Assembly: GCA_963829055.1 (NCBI GenBank)
Contig: CAWHHI010000016.1
Coordinates: 896,001-960,000, forward strand
DNA length: 64,000 nucleotides
Origin: an uncultured Gemmatimonadaceae bacterium
GTDB lineage: Bacteria > Gemmatimonadota > Gemmatimonadetes > Gemmatimonadales > Gemmatimonadaceae
Reading direction: 5' to 3'
Shown: positions 59,645 through 64,000 of the stretch, piece after piece
How the letters are laid out: every line of letters starts with the position of its first letter
Position numbering within the stretch: the first letter of the stretch is position 1
Translations under genes and position numbers: made by a program
Notes under the pieces: generated by a model
The model's database searches: none
Told to the model about the DNA's origin: nothing
What the model saw: only the letters and a program-made list of their open reading frames with translations

Positions 59645-60760
59645 TCATGCTTCGCGCGGGAACGGCGGCCACGTGCGCACGAGCGATCCGACGGCCTTCA
59701 GGCGCCGCTCGGCGAGGCGATCGGCAGCGACGTACGTCGGAATGGACTGCTCGCGCGCCAATTCGAAGACACCGAGCAACGTGTCGTAGATCTCGTCGGC
59801 CTTTCGAAGCGAGCGCTCGCGCGTCCACCCGGCGAGCTCACTGTATACGTTGATCACGCCACCGGCGTTCGCGACGTAGTCCGGCGCGTAGAGGATACCC
59901 TTGGCCTCGAGCTCTTCGCCGTGCCGCTCTTCCAGGAGCTGGTTGTTCGCGCCGCCCGACACGATCTCGACGCGGAGCTTCGGCATCGTCTTGTCGTTGA
60001 TGATGCCGCCGAGCGCGCACGGCGCGAAGATGTCGGCCTTCGTGCCGAAGATCTCGTCGTGCTCCACGGCCTGCGCTCCGAACTCATCGACCACGCGCTT
60101 CACCCGCGACGCGTCGATGTCCGTGACGATCAGGCGTGCACGCGCGGCGTGGAGCTCCTTGCACAGATAGTAGCCGACGTGGCCGAGCCCCTGCACCGCG
60201 ATCGTCTTACCTTCGAGCGAGTCCGAGCCCCAGCGATGCTTCGCCGACGCCTGAATCGAGCGGAACACGCCGTGCGCTGTCACGGGCGACGGGTCGCCGG
60301 ACTTGTTGGCGAGACCGGTGACGTACTTGGTCTCCATGTGCACGAAGTCCATGTCCGCCGTGCTCGTGCCGACATCCTCGGCGGTGATGTAGCGGCCGCC
60401 TAACGAATCGACGAACCGGCCGTGGGCGCGGAACGTCATCTCGCGCTTCGTGCTCCGGTTGTCGCCGATGATGACGGACTTGCCGCCGCCCAGGTTCAGG
60501 CCGGCCACCGCGTTCTTGTACGTCATCCCGCGCGAGAGGCGAAGGGCGTCGATGATGGCCTCCTCATCGCTCGCATAGTGCCAGAACCGCGCGCCGCCGA
60601 GCGCCGGGCCGAGCGTCGTATCGTGAATGGCGATGACGCCCCGATAGCCGCTCGATTTGTCGTGACACATCACGACCTGCTCGTGGCCCATCTCGGCCAT
60701 GGTGTCGAACAGCGCGAGGGAGCCCGTGGGCGTGGCGTCTATGGTTGCGAGAGAAGACAT
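59645..60760 (-). CDS. Leu/Phe/Val dehydrogenase
   Basis: LGPALGG, GMTYK, GGGKSV, AEDVG, QGLGHVG, NAGGVIN. Confidence 0.95.
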   Translation of the reverse strand: MSSLATIDATPTGSLALFDTMAEMGHEQVVMCHDKSSGYRGVIAIHDTTLGPALGGARFWHYASDEEAIIDALRLSRGMTYKNAVAGLNLGGGKSVIIGDNRSTKREMTFRAHGRFVDSLGGRYITAEDVGTSTADMDFVHMETKYVTGLANKSGDPSPVTAHGVFRSIQASAKHRWGSDSLEGKTIAVQGLGHVGYYLCKELHAARARLIVTDIDASRVKRVVDEFGAQAVEHDEIFGTKADIFAPCALGGIINDKTMPKLRVEIVSGGANNQLLEERHGEELEAKGILYAPDYVANAGGVINVYSELAGWTRERSLRKADEIYDTLLGVFELAREQSIPTYVAADRLAERRLKAVGSLVRTWPPFPREA

Positions 60761-60812
60761 GGCGGTGAGAATGGGAGAGGGTGAGCGGGCGCGTTCGTCA
60801 GAACAGCGATCA

Positions 60813-61977
60813 TCAGGACTGCGCGTAGAGCTCTCGCGCGATCACGATGCGCTGGATCTCGGACGTGCCTTCGTACAACTCGGTGACCTTCGCGTCGCGG
60901 AACAAACGTTCGACGGGATACTCCTTCACGTAGCCGTAGCCGCCGAAGATCTGCACTGCTTCGGTGGTGACGTACATCGCCGTCTCGCTCGCGAGCAGCT
61001 TGCTCATCGCGCTGAACTGCGTGATGGGCTCGTCGCGATCCTTCGCGGCGGCGGCCGAATACAGCAGCGCGCGTGACGCGGTAACGCGCGTCGCCATGTC
61101 GGCGAGCTTGAACTGGATCGCCTGGAACTCCTTGATCGGCCGATTGAACTGGCGCCGTTCAGCCGCGTAACGCGTCGCGTGCTCGAGCGCCGATCGCGCG
61201 ATGCCGACCGCCTGCGCGGCAATGCCAAGCCGGCCGTTGTCGAGCGACTGCATGGCGTAGATGAAGCCCGAATGCTGATCACCGAGCAGGTTCGCCGCGG
61301 GAACGCGCAGGTTCTCGAAGTGCAGCTGCACCGTCGGCGACGCGCGAAGCCCGAGCTTCGTCCTCCTTCTTGCCGACGTGAAAGCCCGGCAGGTCAGGGG
61401 TGATGATGAACGTGCCGATACCGCGCGCGCCGCGACGATCGTTAGGCGTGTCGGTGCGAGCCATCGCCAGAATCACGTCGGCGTGGCTGCCGCTCGTGAC
61501 CCATGCCTTCGTGCCGTTCAGCACCCAGCAGTCGCCGTCGCGCACTGCCTGCGTGCGCAGTGCCGCGGCGTCGGAGCCGGCCTCGGGCTCGGAGAGCGCG
61601 AAGGCGCCTAACCATTCGCCGCGCGCCATCGGCTTGAGGAACTGCTCCTTCTGCTCGTCGTTGCCGTAGCGCAGGATCATCTGCGTCGGCAGCGAGTTGT
61701 GCACGCTCATGAGCACCGCGACCGACGCATCGACGGCCGCGATCTCCTCGAGCGCGACGAGGTACGTCCGCGTATCGAGGCCGAGTCCGTCGTACTCCTC
61801 CGGAATGAGCATGCCGAGGAATCCGAGCGCGCCCAGCTTGCCCGCGATCGCCTCGTCGTACGCTTCAGCGCGATCCCACGCGTCGGAGTGCGGCGCGATC
61901 TCGGCCTTCGCGAAGTCGCGCGCCGTACGCTGGATCTCGCGCTGTTCTTCGGTCAGAGGAATGAGAGCCCAGGACAT
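60813..61977 (-). CDS. Acyl-CoA dehydrogenase (frameshift near 61360)
   Basis: ALSEPEAGSDA, GRLGIAAQ, QIFGGYGY, LYEGTSEIQ. Confidence 0.95.
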
Positions 61978-61980
61978 ACG

Positions 61981-62835
61981 TCAGGCCGTGCCGTACTTGT
62001 AGAAACCGCGGCCGGTCTTCCGGCCGAGCCATCCGGCCGCGACGTACTTCTTGAGCAGTGGGCACGGGCGGTACTTCGGGTCACCGAGGCCCTCGTGCAT
62101 CACCTCGAGAATCGCGACGCAGGTATCGAGTCCAATGAGGTCCGCGAGCGCGAGCGGGCCCATCGGGTGATTCATGCCGAGCTTCATGACCTGGTCGATC
62201 GCCTCGGGCGTCCCGACGTCCTCCATGAGCGCGAAGCACGCCTCGTTGATCATCGGCAGCAGGATGCGGTTGGCGACGAAGCCGGGGAAGTCGTTCACCT
62301 CCACGGGCGTCTTGCCGAGGCGCGTCGCGAGGTCCATCACGCGACGTGTGGTTTCGTCGGACGTCGCCAGACCGCGGATGACTTCGACGAGCTGCATGAC
62401 CGGAACGGGATTCATGAAGTGCATGCCGATCACCTGCTCGGGGCGCTTGGTCTGCGCCCCGATGCGGGTGATGGAGATCGAGCTCGTGTTGCTCGCGAGG
62501 ATCGCGCCAGCGGGGGCGATCCGGTCCAGATCGGCGAACAGACGGAACTTGAGGTCCGTGTTTTCCGTCGCCGCTTCGACCACGACAGTGGCATTGCCGA
62601 CGCCGCCCAGGTCGGTGCTCGTCGCGATGCGGCCTAACGCCGCCTGCCGATCGTCGGCCGAGAGGGCATTCTTCTTCACCTGCCGGTCCATGTTCTTCTC
62701 GATCGTCTCGCGGCCGCGACGGAGCGCGTCCTCCGAAACGTCGATCATGGTGACCGGGATGCCCGATTGCGCGAACACGTGCGCGATGCCGTTCCCCATC
62801 TGCCCCGCCCCGATGACCGCGACGCGGTCCGTCAT
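61981..62835 (-). CDS. hbd: 3-hydroxybutyryl-CoA dehydrogenase
   Basis: [33 protein letters not shown]. Confidence 0.95.
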   Translation of the reverse strand: MTDRVAVIGAGQMGNGIAHVFAQSGIPVTMIDVSEDALRRGRETIEKNMDRQVKKNALSADDRQAALGRIATSTDLGGVGNATVVVEAATENTDLKFRLFADLDRIAPAGAILASNTSSISITRIGAQTKRPEQVIGMHFMNPVPVMQLVEVIRGLATSDETTRRVMDLATRLGKTPVEVNDFPGFVANRILLPMINEACFALMEDVGTPEAIDQVMKLGMNHPMGPLALADLIGLDTCVAILEVMHEGLGDPKYRPCPLLKKYVAAGWLGRKTGRGFYKYGTA

Positions 62836-62836
62836 G

Positions 62837-63700
62837 CTATGGCTCCTCGCGGCGCCTGCGCCGCACGTAGAGGTACAACGTTCCCGACACCAGACCTAGC
62901 GCCGCGGGGAGCCCACCCTCGGGACCCCAGACACCGCCGGTCGCCCAATCCGGACCGGCGTCCACGACGCGATAGTCCGGCGTGGTGAACGGAATGCCGC
63001 TCACAGCACTGTGCAACACGCCCGCCAACACCCAATTCCACGCCAGGTGCGCGGCGAACGCAGCCCACAGGCTCTGCGTCGCGACGAGCACCGCGCCCAG
63101 GAACACACCCGCCAGCACGACCACGGAGATCGACGAGAGCGTCGCGCCCGCATTCTGCAGATGAACGAGCCCGAACACCACGCTCGTCATGCCTAACGCC
63201 GCCGGCGTTCCCCACCACTCCTGCAACACGGTGAACGCGTAGCCGCGAAACAGCATCTCCTCCCAGAGCGCCGCCGGGGCCAGGAACAGCGCCATCGCCA
63301 CTCCGGCGACGATCCAGCTGCCCGCGGGTTCGGGCACAACGCGAAGCCATCCGGCCGCCAGTAGCGGAAGCGATGGAACTCCAATCGCGGCCGCTCCGAG
63401 CACTGTCGCGAGCGCGATTGGACGAAGTCGCGCCGAGCCCGCGCCAAGCTTCACCGCTTCCCACCCCCGTGGCTCGACCCACCGAAACGTCAGCAGGTGG
63501 CCCATCACGACAGACGCGAGGAGCGCCCACGGGAACAGCACGACCCGCACACCAGCGAGCGCCAGGACCCAGCTCACGAGCGGCACCACCGCGCCGTTGA
63601 TCACGATCAACGACAGTATGATCGAGGCGGCGAAGATCGCGAGTCGCCACGGAGGCCGAAGCGTGCCCTTGGAGTCCCAAAAAAAATCGCGCGCCGTCAA
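62837..63700 (-). CDS. CPBP (Abi/CAAX) family intramembrane protease
   Basis: [23 protein letters not shown]. Confidence 0.9.
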   Translation of the reverse strand: MTARDFFWDSKGTLRPPWRLAIFAASIILSLIVINGAVVPLVSWVLALAGVRVVLFPWALLASVVMGHLLTFRWVEPRGWEAVKLGAGSARLRPIALATVLGAAAIGVPSLPLLAAGWLRVVPEPAGSWIVAGVAMALFLAPAALWEEMLFRGYAFTVLQEWWGTPAALGMTSVVFGLVHLQNAGATLSSISVVVLAGVFLGAVLVATQSLWAAFAAHLAWNWVLAGVLHSAVSGIPFTTPDYRVVDAGPDWATGGVWGPEGGLPAALGLVSGTLYLYVRRRRREEP

Positions 63701-64000
63701 ACAGGCGCGCGAACGGTCGATTTCGGAACCAGCAGGGCGGCGACGAGAGCCTTGACCGCGTCGAGCGGGAGAAACGGGTGAATCGCGAGCGGCAACGCCT
63801 GAGCGAGACCACCGGAGATCACCGCGAGCTGAGCGAGGCCACCCAGCAGCAGAACGGTCGTCCCGGCGAGAGCAGCGACCCATCGCCCAAGCAACGTGCT
63901 CGTGCGTCGTGCGAGCGCGCCGGACACGAACGCCGCTACGGGATACGCGAACAGGTATCCACCCGTAGGGCCGAGAAAGCGGGCGATTCCGGGCGCGCCG
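63697..64000 (-). CDS. bioY: Biotin transporter BioY (3' part)
   Basis: GPTGGYLFAYP, HPFLPLDAVK. Confidence 0.85.
   Translation of the reverse strand, partial: GAPGIARFLGPTGGYLFAYPVAAFVSGALARRTSTLLGRWVAALAGTTVLLLGGLAQLAVISGGLAQALPLAIHPFLPLDAVKALVAALLVPKSTVRAPV

Overview
High-GC bacterial chromosome segment; gene content and style suggest Gemmatimonadota (inference). Many genes are broken by single-base indels, most likely uncorrected long-read errors. Content from left to right: icd, a secreted metalloprotease-like lipoprotein, RidA/fahA/SET-domain genes, small lipoproteins, a BTAD-TPR regulator, dppA, TerC/DAACS/GNAT/serine-hydrolase/DinB genes, a ~16 kb MoxR-DUF58-vWA-DUF4159(x2)-TPR operon, a Hen1-Pnkp RNA-repair pair, a patchwork accessory region with truncated genes next to tRNA-Met(CAT), a type IV pilin pair between two CAT tRNAs, and a housekeeping block (ftsB-eno-plsC-thiL-nnr-glyA-Leu dehydrogenase-ACAD-hbd-CPBP-bioY). 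The strongest unexplained signal is a non-palindromic motif, (G)CCTAACG/CGTTAGG(C). I counted it by eye at least 54 times, on both strands, inside housekeeping genes (with otherwise rare codons), in stop codons and in hairpins. It behaves like a DNA-uptake-sequence or HIP1-type genome-wide signal. A second candidate is a promoter-preceded, ~105-nt folded RNA in the hen1-pnkp leader.
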